NCBI GenBank assembly: GCA_964415015.1
Contig: CAYPXM010000003.1
Location: 3,004-40,319 of the forward strand
Direction: 5' to 3'
DNA: 37,316 nt
Origin: an uncultured Muribaculaceae bacterium
GTDB taxonomy: Bacteria; Bacillota_I; Bacilli_A; RF39; UBA660
Made by a program: the position numbers and the translations under genes. The notes below the pieces were generated by a model. The model was not told the DNA's origin. It searched no databases and worked only from the letters and a program-made list of their open reading frames with translations. Numbering within the stretch: position 1 is the first letter of the stretch; each line of letters starts with the position of its first letter. Positions 26,718-34,530 of this stretch are shown in pieces.

Positions 26718-26738
26718 AATTTATATCCCCCTGATTTT

Positions 26739-28124
26739 CTACTTAACAATGGTATAAGAAATACCATCTTCATCAGTATATATTCCTGTATCAGCATCAT
26801 AGATTCCAGATTGTTTTTGTGTGACTATAGCATTAGCATCTATTACAGCTCCATTTAAGTAACCTGATAACATATTTAATTCGGTTTCACAAATTGGATC
26901 ATTTAATTCTGCAAATAATTTATCAATAGTATAATTATGATTAACACTAGTAGTAGTTCCATCTTCACTAACAATCGAAACAGTATTTGTTATTTTCATC
27001 TTTGGTGCAATAATATTAGCAAGTGGTTCCATAGCTGATAATTTAATAATATATAATACTCTTTCAGCGGAAGAATTATATTGAGTAAATAAGGAATGTT
27101 TTTCATTATTTACTAATACATCGTCAATTCTAGTTGCAGTAGTTGAATAGTTTTTTTCTTCAACAACCAAATTATTTAAAGCATATATATATTCTTTAGC
27201 ACCTTCATAACGAATCGTTTCGTTATCACTAAGTAATTTATCTTGAATAGCGTCTAAATATTCTAATTCTTCTTTAGCAACAGTATCTTCAACTAATAAA
27301 CTAGAAGTTTCAAAGTTTCCAATATCATAACCAGCTGTATTTTCAATTCCCATTAAATTATTAATTTGAGTAATTTCTTTATTTACTTCAGCATTAACGA
27401 TAGTTGAAACATATGTGTTTGCTTCATCAAATGTTATTGATTTATCATTACTACGATTAAAGAATTTCATCATATCAATTAATTCTTCTTTGGTAATATC
27501 CATTTCACCAGTATTTATTAATTCAGCTTGTTGATTGATTAAATCATTGATATTAATTGAGGCAATTTCTTCGACATCAATTACTTCTAATTCAATATCT
27601 TCACTTACTGGAGTAATACCATCTTCATCATTTATATGTGGAGTAATAATATTATTTTTACCACAACCTTTAAGCAAGGTTATCGCTAATAAAGATAGAG
27701 CACATATTGCAGATACTCCTGTAAAAATTAATAATCCGTTTAAAATAATTTCTTTCTTATCAGATTTATTATCAGTTTCTTCTTGGTTGTCATTATTAAT
27801 CTCATCAGTATTAATGCTAATAAATTCTTTACATTCTTCATCGTTAATTATTTCAAGTATTAACTTACCATACTCATCATTTAATGCATTAAATGTTGCA
27901 TCATCAATTGAATTATTATTAATATCATTAATATCTTTATCACAATTTTTTACAAAAATATTAAATAATTTAACATCATTAATTAAATTAGTATTATCAA
28001 TGTTATTAATAATGTTATTAGTAATAATTTTAGAATCCTTATCAATTTTTTTAAGAACTACTTTCTTAACTGTAGTAATTCTTCCAATTAATATATTTTT
28101 TTCTTCACTTGTAATCTTTTCCAT
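26739..28124 (-). CDS. bitopic membrane protein, hypothetical (461 aa)
   Basis: ATG at 28124 follows an AAGGGGGA RBS (the track ORF extends to 28184). One central TM (LNGLLIFTGVSAICALSLLAITLL) separates a ~145-aa N-terminal region from a ~290-aa acidic C-terminal region. Confidence 0.75.
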   Translation of the reverse strand: MEKITSEEKNILIGRITTVKKVVLKKIDKDSKIITNNIINNIDNTNLINDVKLFNIFVKNCDKDINDINNNSIDDATFNALNDEYGKLILEIINDEECKEFISINTDEINNDNQEETDNKSDKKEIILNGLLIFTGVSAICALSLLAITLLKGCGKNNIITPHINDEDGITPVSEDIELEVIDVEEIASININDLINQQAELINTGEMDITKEELIDMMKFFNRSNDKSITFDEANTYVSTIVNAEVNKEITQINNLMGIENTAGYDIGNFETSSLLVEDTVAKEELEYLDAIQDKLLSDNETIRYEGAKEYIYALNNLVVEEKNYSTTATRIDDVLVNNEKHSLFTQYNSSAERVLYIIKLSAMEPLANIIAPKMKITNTVSIVSEDGTTTSVNHNYTIDKLFAELNDPICETELNMLSGYLNGAVIDANAIVTQKQSGIYDADTGIYTDEDGISYTIVK

Positions 28125-28155
28125 AAAAAATCCCCCTTTTGTGAATATGGGGGTT

Positions 28156-28184
28156 ATTTTATCATAGACATAATAAATTGTCAA
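28156..28184 (-). promoter_or_regulatory. sigma-A-type promoter of the minus-strand two-gene operon
   Basis: On the minus strand: TTGACA, 17-nt spacer, TG-A-TAAAAT. It lies about 30 nt upstream of the 28124 start. Confidence 0.6.
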
Positions 28185-28341
28185 GCGACTATAAATGCTT
28201 ATTAAGTCGCCTGCTAGCCAAAACCCCTTTATTTCACTAACAAATAAATGTTATCATATATGTAAACATTTGTCAAGTACTAGTCAAACTTAGTTATTCA
28301 TGGTATATTATATGAGCAAATGTGATAATATATTTGTATAT

Positions 28342-28698
28342 GGGGCAGACTTGGTTTCGACAGGGTATTGTTACATATGATGGCAAGTGGTAGAGATACC
28401 TTAAATCTAAATTAAATATAAACGGAGAAAATAATTTTTCTTTCGCTCCATCATTTGCTTAATCTAATTTAAGTAAGGAGCACCTTAATATGTTTATATC
28501 TTTGGGATATATTTAGGATAATAAACAAGGATTATACTATTTGACTGTTTAGAGCCAAATAAAGAATAATATCTAATCTAGTTTATTAATAGGTGTGCCA
28601 GATCCGGTTGATAAATGAATTAATAATTCTGACTAAACTTGTAGAAATTGTATGATGATGTATCTTGGACAGGAGTTCAATTCTCCTCTGCTCCACCA
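28342..28698 (+). ncRNA. ssrA: tmRNA (SsrA)
   Basis: 5' GGGGCAGACTTGGTTTCGACAGGG and a 3' tRNA-like end GGACAGGAGTTCAATTCTCCTCTGCTCCACCA, with acceptor pairing GGGGCAG/CTGCTCC. The internal tag reading frame is GGA...GCT TAA (28424-28462). Confidence 0.93.
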
Positions 28699-28709
28699 TT
28701 TATTAAATT

Positions 28710-28735
28710 AACTAATCATTATTGATTAGTTTTTA
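28710..28735 (+). terminator. rho-independent terminator after ssrA
   Basis: AACTAATCA-TTAT-TGATTAGTT hairpin followed by a T-run. Confidence 0.7.
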
Positions 28736-28785
28736 TATGGCAATATATGATTTAAGGATTGTTTATTAAAAATTAAAAAGGAAAG

Positions 28786-29331
28786 TTAAATCTTTCCTTT
28801 TTTTTGTAAAATCATTTTAAATTCTTCAACATTATTTGCAACATCAAAATAATCATAAATAGAATCACTATTAAAATTTCTTTTTACTAAATCTTCTATT
28901 AATAAGAGTGTTGTATCAAAACTATGATCATAATTCCAAATAATTAGTATCTTATTAGCATCATTACTTCTTATTTCTTCTAAATGACCAAAAAATTCTG
29001 ATATCGTACCAGTGCCACCGGCTAACATAATGATAATATCACCACTATATAATATAGCTTTTTTTAGATCATATGTTGTATCAAACACTAAATGATCAGC
29101 TTCTGGTAAATTATTAATATCATCAGCATATTTTTTTGATGTAAAGCCATGCATTGGTAAATTGGCTGTTTTAAATGCTTCATAACATTGACCCATAATC
29201 GATATCGAGCATGACCCCCAGTTTAATTCGGCATCAGGTATAGTCACTAAATAATTTAGTAAAATATTAGCTGACTCTTTGTATACATTATCAATTTTAT
29301 CATTGGATGATGAACTAATTGTAAACTTCAT
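28786..29331 (-). CDS. LOG/TIGR00730-like Rossmann-fold protein (divergent)
   Basis: IIMLAGGTGTISEF matches the LOG-family PGGxGTxxE motif. The N-terminal GGGxxGxMG motif is degenerate (WGSCSISIMG). AAGGAAG RBS. Confidence 0.65.
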   Translation of the reverse strand: MKFTISSSSNDKIDNVYKESANILLNYLVTIPDAELNWGSCSISIMGQCYEAFKTANLPMHGFTSKKYADDINNLPEADHLVFDTTYDLKKAILYSGDIIIMLAGGTGTISEFFGHLEEIRSNDANKILIIWNYDHSFDTTLLLIEDLVKRNFNSDSIYDYFDVANNVEEFKMILQKKGKI

Positions 29332-29425
29332 AACTTTCTTCCTTTTCTGTTACAATTATATCATATTTTTTCTTGATTTATATTTCTTTTTATATTACTA
29401 TACATATTAAATCATGGAGATATGT

Positions 29426-30187
29426 ATGAAAAAAGAAGTAACCAAGGAATTATATTTATATATTAAGGAAATCCTTTTATTAAAAAAAGAAATTAGAATG
29501 TCTTATCATAATTTAAGAAAACAGACCACTGCAGTTGCAAAATGTTTAGATCCAAACCAATTACAGTATAAAAAATATGTTACCTTATTAAAAAGTAATT
29601 TAACCGATTATTATAACTTTGTTGATATTGTTAATACAATATTAACAATTATTCTTCAACATATAACTAAATTTGATGATTATGATGTTGTTGATCGGAT
29701 TTATGGTGAATTAACGGTTTATATTGATAATTATCATAATTTTTGTTTTCTAATACCAGAATATGTTTTAACTACTAGTAAAGATAATGGTTTATTGTAT
29801 CCAAAAATTAAAAATTTTTCCGAAATGAACGATGATACGTACTCCGAATATGTAAATATGATAATGTTTCATACCACAAAAATTGAAGAACATATAAAGT
29901 TATTAATAAAGAATAAAGATATTACTAAAAAACAATGGGATTTCATAAAAAATAATTTAGTAATTGATAATGATTGCCATGAGAAATCGTGGATTGAAGA
30001 TATTTTAGATAACGATGAAGTAGTGGATATTAAAATCCATCTTAATAGTATTCATGACTTGGAAAGTTATGAACTAGGAATGGATTGTTTATTATTAGGA
30101 TTGTTACTAAAAAAAGTGTTAAAAGAATATCAAAATATTAATGAAAAAGTATATATAAAAAAAGAGGATAAAGATAATGGAAATTAA
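29426..30187 (+). CDS. hypothetical helical protein
   Basis: ATG at 29426 follows a GGAGA RBS (the track ORF starts at 29414). No motif recognised. Confidence 0.7.
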   Translation: MKKEVTKELYLYIKEILLLKKEIRMSYHNLRKQTTAVAKCLDPNQLQYKKYVTLLKSNLTDYYNFVDIVNTILTIILQHITKFDDYDVVDRIYGELTVYIDNYHNFCFLIPEYVLTTSKDNGLLYPKIKNFSEMNDDTYSEYVNMIMFHTTKIEEHIKLLIKNKDITKKQWDFIKNNLVIDNDCHEKSWIEDILDNDEVVDIKIHLNSIHDLESYELGMDCLLLGLLLKKVLKEYQNINEKVYIKKEDKDNGN

Positions 30188-31043
30188 AGATACATCGACC
30201 TTTACAACTAAAAAGGAATATATTTATTATTTGTTTGATTTAATTAATTTAGCTAATGCTGATCATAAGTATTATCTTTCTTGCATTAGATCTCTTAATA
30301 AATTTATTGGGATATTTCCTCTAACTGACCTTCAAAATGGCTTAGATGATGTAAAAGATTTAAATGAAGTAATAAAAAATGAACAAAAAGCTGAAGATTA
30401 TATTTGTAGTATATCAGAATTGATTTCTGAAGAAAAAATGTTGTATGAAAATAATTATCAAAATATAGTAAATATTTTTTATGAGATAATCCAAATAATT
30501 GAACGAGGTAATGACTGTAGCCGAACTAATGGTGTAATTGATGATTTAACAAGTCGATATATAAAAACAATATCTATTGCTAGACAAAATATAGCAATTC
30601 TTTATAAAGGTTTAATTGAGTATCAAAAACCGGAATTAATAGGATATGATAATAAGTGTCTATATTTTCAATATTTTGAACAATGTATTGATGAATTATA
30701 TTATATTGATAATCCGTTAGATGATATTTATGATTATTTAATCCAAGAAAAAATATTAACCAAGAAAAAAATTAAATTCTTAAAGAAAAGAATGGAAATA
30801 ATTAAAGATGATGAATTAAAATCAACAAAAATAGAAAGTTATATTAATAATGGCTTGGTAAAAGATTTATTTATTGTTATTCCGAAAATTATTGATGAAA
30901 AAACCTTTAAAAATTGTTTGGAATTATTAGCAGGTGCTAGTTTATACTGTGATTATTTTAAAAAACCGGTAAACGAAGATGAAATCGATAATAAAATTGC
31001 TAAAATAATGATGAACGTTGAGGAAGAATTAAAAATAAAGTAA
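30177..31043 (+). CDS. hypothetical helical protein, possible paralogue of the preceding gene
   Basis: The start overlaps the upstream stop by 11 nt. AGAGGA RBS. Size and composition are similar to the preceding gene, and a similar motif is shared (LTKKKIKFLKKRMEIIKDD versus ITKKQWDFIKNNLVIDND). Confidence 0.7.
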   Translation: MEIKDTSTFTTKKEYIYYLFDLINLANADHKYYLSCIRSLNKFIGIFPLTDLQNGLDDVKDLNEVIKNEQKAEDYICSISELISEEKMLYENNYQNIVNIFYEIIQIIERGNDCSRTNGVIDDLTSRYIKTISIARQNIAILYKGLIEYQKPELIGYDNKCLYFQYFEQCIDELYYIDNPLDDIYDYLIQEKILTKKKIKFLKKRMEIIKDDELKSTKIESYINNGLVKDLFIVIPKIIDEKTFKNCLELLAGASLYCDYFKKPVNEDEIDNKIAKIMMNVEEELKIK

Positions 31044-31063
31044 TGAAATATTACTTTATTTTT
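31033..31063 (+). terminator. rho-independent terminator
   Basis: Perfect 12-bp stem AAATAAAGTAAT/ATTACTTTATTT, 5-nt loop, T-run. Confidence 0.7.
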
Positions 31064-31071
31064 GTTATAAT
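31063..31071 (+). promoter_or_regulatory. extended -10 promoter element for trpS
   Basis: TGTTATAAT lies 20 nt upstream of the trpS ATG, with a GAGGTGG RBS in between. Confidence 0.5.
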
Positions 31072-31090
31072 TAATTTGAGGTGGATATTT

Positions 31091-32137
31091 ATGAAAAATA
31101 TCATATTAACAGCAGATCGACCAACTGGTCATTTACATCTAGGACACTATGTCGGAAGTGTAAAAAAAAGATTAATGTTAGAAAATACTGATTTTGATAA
31201 AATGTATGTCATGATAGCTGATAGTCAAGCATTAACTGATAATTTTGATAATCCTAAAAAAGTAAGAGAAAATGTTTTTAATGTTGTAGTCGATTACTTA
31301 GCTTGTGGATTAGATCCAGAAAAAGTTACTTTTTTTATTCAATCTGAAGTATCAGAGTTAACTGAGTTAACATATTATTATATGAATTTAGTATCTTTCT
31401 CTCGACTTAAACGCAATCCAACTGTAAAACAAGAATTGAAATTACGAGATTTTTCAGAAACCTTACCAGTTGGATTTATGTGTTATCCAATCAGTCAAGC
31501 AGCGGATATAACTGCTTTTAAAGCAAATATTATCCCAGTTGGAGAAGACCAATTACCAATGATTGAACAAACTAATGAAATAGTTCATAAATTTAACAGT
31601 TTATATAAGACTAATTGTTTAGTTAAATGTGAAGCAATCTTACCTGATAATGAAGAAAGTATGAGACTTCCTGGTATTGATGGTAAGAATAAAATGAGTA
31701 AATCACTTGGTAATTGCATATATTTAAGTGATGATTCTGAAACGGTTAAAAATCAAGTTATGAAAATGTATACAGATTCTGAACATATCAATATAAATGA
31801 TCCTGGAAAAGTTGAAGGAAACATGGTGTTTACTTATCTTGCTGCTCTTTCTACAGATAAAGATTTTGAAAACTATTTACCCGAATATAAGAATTTAAAT
31901 GAATTAAAAAAAGCCTATAGTCATGGTGGTGTGGGTGATGTATATATTAAAAAATTCTTAATCAATGTTATTGAAGGAATATTAAGTCCAATTAGGGAAA
32001 AAAGAATAGAATTGTTAAAAGAACCAGATAAAATTATGGCTATTTTGGAAAAAGGAACTAAAGAGGCAAAACTGGTAGCTAAACAAACTGTAAGGGAAGT
32101 TAAAGATGCCATGTTACTAAACTATTTTAAAGACTAA
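31091..32137 (+). CDS. trpS: tryptophan--tRNA ligase
   Basis: PTGHLHLGHYVG (HIGH) and KMSKS motifs. ATG at 31091 (the track ORF starts at 31043). Confidence 0.95.
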   Translation: MKNIILTADRPTGHLHLGHYVGSVKKRLMLENTDFDKMYVMIADSQALTDNFDNPKKVRENVFNVVVDYLACGLDPEKVTFFIQSEVSELTELTYYYMNLVSFSRLKRNPTVKQELKLRDFSETLPVGFMCYPISQAADITAFKANIIPVGEDQLPMIEQTNEIVHKFNSLYKTNCLVKCEAILPDNEESMRLPGIDGKNKMSKSLGNCIYLSDDSETVKNQVMKMYTDSEHININDPGKVEGNMVFTYLAALSTDKDFENYLPEYKNLNELKKAYSHGGVGDVYIKKFLINVIEGILSPIREKRIELLKEPDKIMAILEKGTKEAKLVAKQTVREVKDAMLLNYFKD

Positions 32138-32152
32138 CAAATAGTCTTTTTT
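32129..32152 (+). terminator. terminator-like hairpin after trpS
   Basis: AAAGACTA/TAGTCTTT stem followed by a T-run, spanning the trpS stop. Confidence 0.55.
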
Positions 32153-32171
32153 GATAAGGAGATATTATTAT

Positions 32172-33029
32172 ATGTTAAAAATAAATAAATTGACTAAATA
32201 TTATGGTAAAACACTGGGGGTTAAAAATTTAAGTTTAGAAGTAAAAAAAGGTGAAATATTTGGTTTTATTGGTCCAAATGGAGCTGGTAAATCAACTACT
32301 ATTCGATGTATTATGGATATGATAAACAAAAGTAGTGGAAGCATATATATTGACAATACTTTAGTTACAAGAAGAAATCATAAAGTATTAGAAAATGTTG
32401 GATACCTACCGGGAGAAATTCATTTATATGAGGATTTTAAAGTATCAGAAATGATTAATTATAGTAAAAAGTTTTATCATAAAGACTTAGATAAACGGAT
32501 TAATTATTTAGTTAAAAAATTAAAGTTAGATACTACTAAAAAAGTCGAAGATTTATCTTTAGGTAATTTAAAAAAATTAGGAATAGTATTAACGTTAATG
32601 CATGAACCAAAACTTTTAATTTTAGATGAAGCCACTAGTGGTTTAGACCCGTTAATTCAAGAAATATTTTATGAATTATTATTAGAAGAAAAAAATAAAG
32701 GAACAACAATATTCTTTTCTAGCCATATTCTAAGTGAAGTAAAAAGAATTAGTGACCGAATCGGAATTATTAAAGATGGTGTATTAGTAAAAACGATAAG
32801 CTCCGATTTAATTAAAGAACAAAAAGAATATGTTATTACCGTATCAGGAAATATTAATAAACTTAAAAAAAGTTTTGAACATATAGTTAATATTGATGAT
32901 AATACCATAAAATTCATTTATGATGGTAATATAAATGATTTAATTAGTAACTTAAGTAACTATAAATTAAATAAAATATTGATTGAAGAGCCTTCTTTTG
33001 AAGACTTATTCATGGAATATTATAAGTAG
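32172..33029 (+). CDS. ABC transporter ATP-binding protein
   Basis: Walker A GPNGAGKST, signature LSLGNLKKL, Walker B LLILDEATSGLD. ATG at 32172 follows an AAGGAG RBS (the track ORF starts at TTG 32151). Confidence 0.9.
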   Translation: MLKINKLTKYYGKTLGVKNLSLEVKKGEIFGFIGPNGAGKSTTIRCIMDMINKSSGSIYIDNTLVTRRNHKVLENVGYLPGEIHLYEDFKVSEMINYSKKFYHKDLDKRINYLVKKLKLDTTKKVEDLSLGNLKKLGIVLTLMHEPKLLILDEATSGLDPLIQEIFYELLLEEKNKGTTIFFSSHILSEVKRISDRIGIIKDGVLVKTISSDLIKEQKEYVITVSGNINKLKKSFEHIVNIDDNTIKFIYDGNINDLISNLSNYKLNKILIEEPSFEDLFMEYYK

Positions 33030-33034
33030 GTGAA

Positions 33035-33829
33035 ATGATGTTTTTAAAAGAATTAAAAGTAAATTATAAATCTTTAATTATTTGGATATTAATTGCAAGT
33101 ATAACTTATGGAGCCATTTTATATATATATCCCTCAATAATTGAAAGTATGAATGTGGAGCAAATAGATGCAATGATGGCTTCTATGCCGGAAGCATTTT
33201 TAAAAACTGTTAATATGGATATAACCAGCATTACTTCCGCTTTTGGGTGGTTTAAATCAGAAGGAATGACCTTTTTATTGTTAATTACCAATTGTTATGC
33301 TTGTATTTTAGGGGCTAATATCATTTTGAAAGAGGAAAGTGATAAAACATATGAGTTTTTACTTTCAAAACCAATTACCCGTAATCGCGTATTAACAACT
33401 AAAATAATGACAGGAATTATTTATATTAGTTTATTAATAATTATTTCTGGAATATTTATTTGTATATCATTGGGAATAAATGAATCTTTTGATAAATCTC
33501 AATTCATTTTACTTATTGCTAGTCAATTTTTAAGTGCTATTCCTTCATTTTTATTTTTATTATTAATATCTTTATTTTTTAAAAAGAGTAAAAAAATCTT
33601 TGGAATAAGTATTGGAGTCGTATTTTTAAATTATTTCTTTTCTCTAATATCTACTATTAGTACTAAAACAGAAAATTTTAAATATCTTAGTCTATTTACG
33701 TTATCTAATATTAGAAACATTGTTGTTAATAATACAATTGAAATAAAATACGTTTTATTTGCGATAATTTTTTGTATCATTTCTATTGTATTAACATATA
33801 TTATCTATAACAAGAAAGAATTTGTCTAA
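33035..33829 (+). CDS. ABC-2-type transporter permease
   Basis: 264 aa with about 6 TM segments, immediately downstream of the ATPase gene. Confidence 0.75.
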   Translation: MMFLKELKVNYKSLIIWILIASITYGAILYIYPSIIESMNVEQIDAMMASMPEAFLKTVNMDITSITSAFGWFKSEGMTFLLLITNCYACILGANIILKEESDKTYEFLLSKPITRNRVLTTKIMTGIIYISLLIIISGIFICISLGINESFDKSQFILLIASQFLSAIPSFLFLLLISLFFKKSKKIFGISIGVVFLNYFFSLISTISTKTENFKYLSLFTLSNIRNIVVNNTIEIKYVLFAIIFCIISIVLTYIIYNKKEFV

Positions 33830-33872
33830 TAATTCTTTTTTATGATATAATTTTTTTGTAAAGAGGAATGAC

Positions 33873-34367
33873 ATGAAAAAAATAGATGAACAAAACTTTT
33901 TTAATATTGTTAGTGATATCATCGTAAACCCAGAATATATTAATTTACGTAATGAAAAGCATCATGGAATAAGTCGTTTTGACCATTCGATTAGAGTCGC
34001 AAAATTTACTTATCGAATGACAAAATATTTAAAACTAGATCAAGTAGCAGCGACTAGAGGAGCAATGTTACATGATTTTTATACTATGGCTGAAGTTGAC
34101 CAATCTGGTAAAAAGGGGAGTTGCATTCATCCATTAATTGCAGCAGAAAATGCGCAAAAATATTATAATTTATCAAAAAGAGACATAAATATTATTGAGT
34201 CTCATATGTTCCCGTTAGGTAAAGTACTACCTAAAAGTAAAGAAGCATGGCTTGTAGATGCTATGGATACTGCTATCGCGACATATGAATTAACTAAATT
34301 TAAATTAAATGGCGCTATTGCCTTATATATATTATTTTTTATTAATCTTATTATTTTTAAAAAATAA
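33873..34367 (+). CDS. HD-domain phosphohydrolase-family protein with a C-terminal TM segment
   Basis: H...HD pattern (HHGISRFDHSIRVA...MLHDF) and a hydrophobic C-terminus. Confidence 0.75.
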   Translation: MKKIDEQNFFNIVSDIIVNPEYINLRNEKHHGISRFDHSIRVAKFTYRMTKYLKLDQVAATRGAMLHDFYTMAEVDQSGKKGSCIHPLIAAENAQKYYNLSKRDINIIESHMFPLGKVLPKSKEAWLVDAMDTAIATYELTKFKLNGAIALYILFFINLIIFKK

Positions 34368-34376
34368 TTTTTTAAT

Positions 34377-34453
34377 GTCTCCGTAGCTCAGTTGGATAGA
34401 GCGATCCCCTCCTAAGGGATAGGTCGTTGGTTCGATTCCAATCGGGGACACCA
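34377..34453 (+). tRNA. tRNA-Arg (anticodon CCU), CCA encoded
   Basis: Manual cloverleaf: acceptor GTCTCCG/CGGGGAC, D arm GCTC-AGTTGGATA-GAGC, anticodon stem ATCCC/GGGAT, loop CT-CCT-AA, T arm GTTGG-TTCGATT-CCAAT. Confidence 0.92.
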
Positions 34454-34467
34454 GTTTATTAAAAAAC

Positions 34468-34496
34468 CTTAAGATTATTTTGTCTTAAGTTTTTTT
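34468..34496 (+). terminator. rho-independent terminator after tRNA-Arg
   Basis: CTTAAGA/TCTTAAG stem followed by a 7-T run. Confidence 0.65.
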
Positions 34497-34530
34497 ATAT
34501 GCTATAATCTAGTTAATTACGGAGGTATCT

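Noticed and set aside
26138-28167. ORF 26138-26329 (-, alternate frame) and ORF 27535-28167 (+, 210 aa) overlapping the two minus-strand surface-operon genes.
   Set aside because: The + ORF is the antisense shadow of the 26739-28124 gene (Ser/Ile/Leu-rich, no RBS, no promoter). The short - ORF is an out-of-frame overlap within the Cys-module gene.
28185-28300. Inverted repeats GCGACT...AGTCGC (about 28186-28213) and AAATGTT...AACATTT (about 28247-28273) upstream of ssrA, considered as a structured RNA or operator.
   Set aside because: The arms are short (6-7 bp) with long AT-rich loops, in a region already occupied by two divergent promoters. This is within chance expectation for such AT-rich DNA.
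28699-31090. A bona fide genomic island or prophage remnant integrated at ssrA.
   Set aside because: I can find no integrase or recombinase, no phage genes, no direct repeat of the tmRNA 3' end, and no visible compositional shift. Only the weaker 'post-ssrA accessory cluster' observation is retained.
31921-33291. Minus-strand ORFs 31921-32112, 32669-32917 and 33106-33291 inside trpS and the ABC transporter genes.
   Set aside because: They are antisense shadows of conserved genes, with no translation signals.
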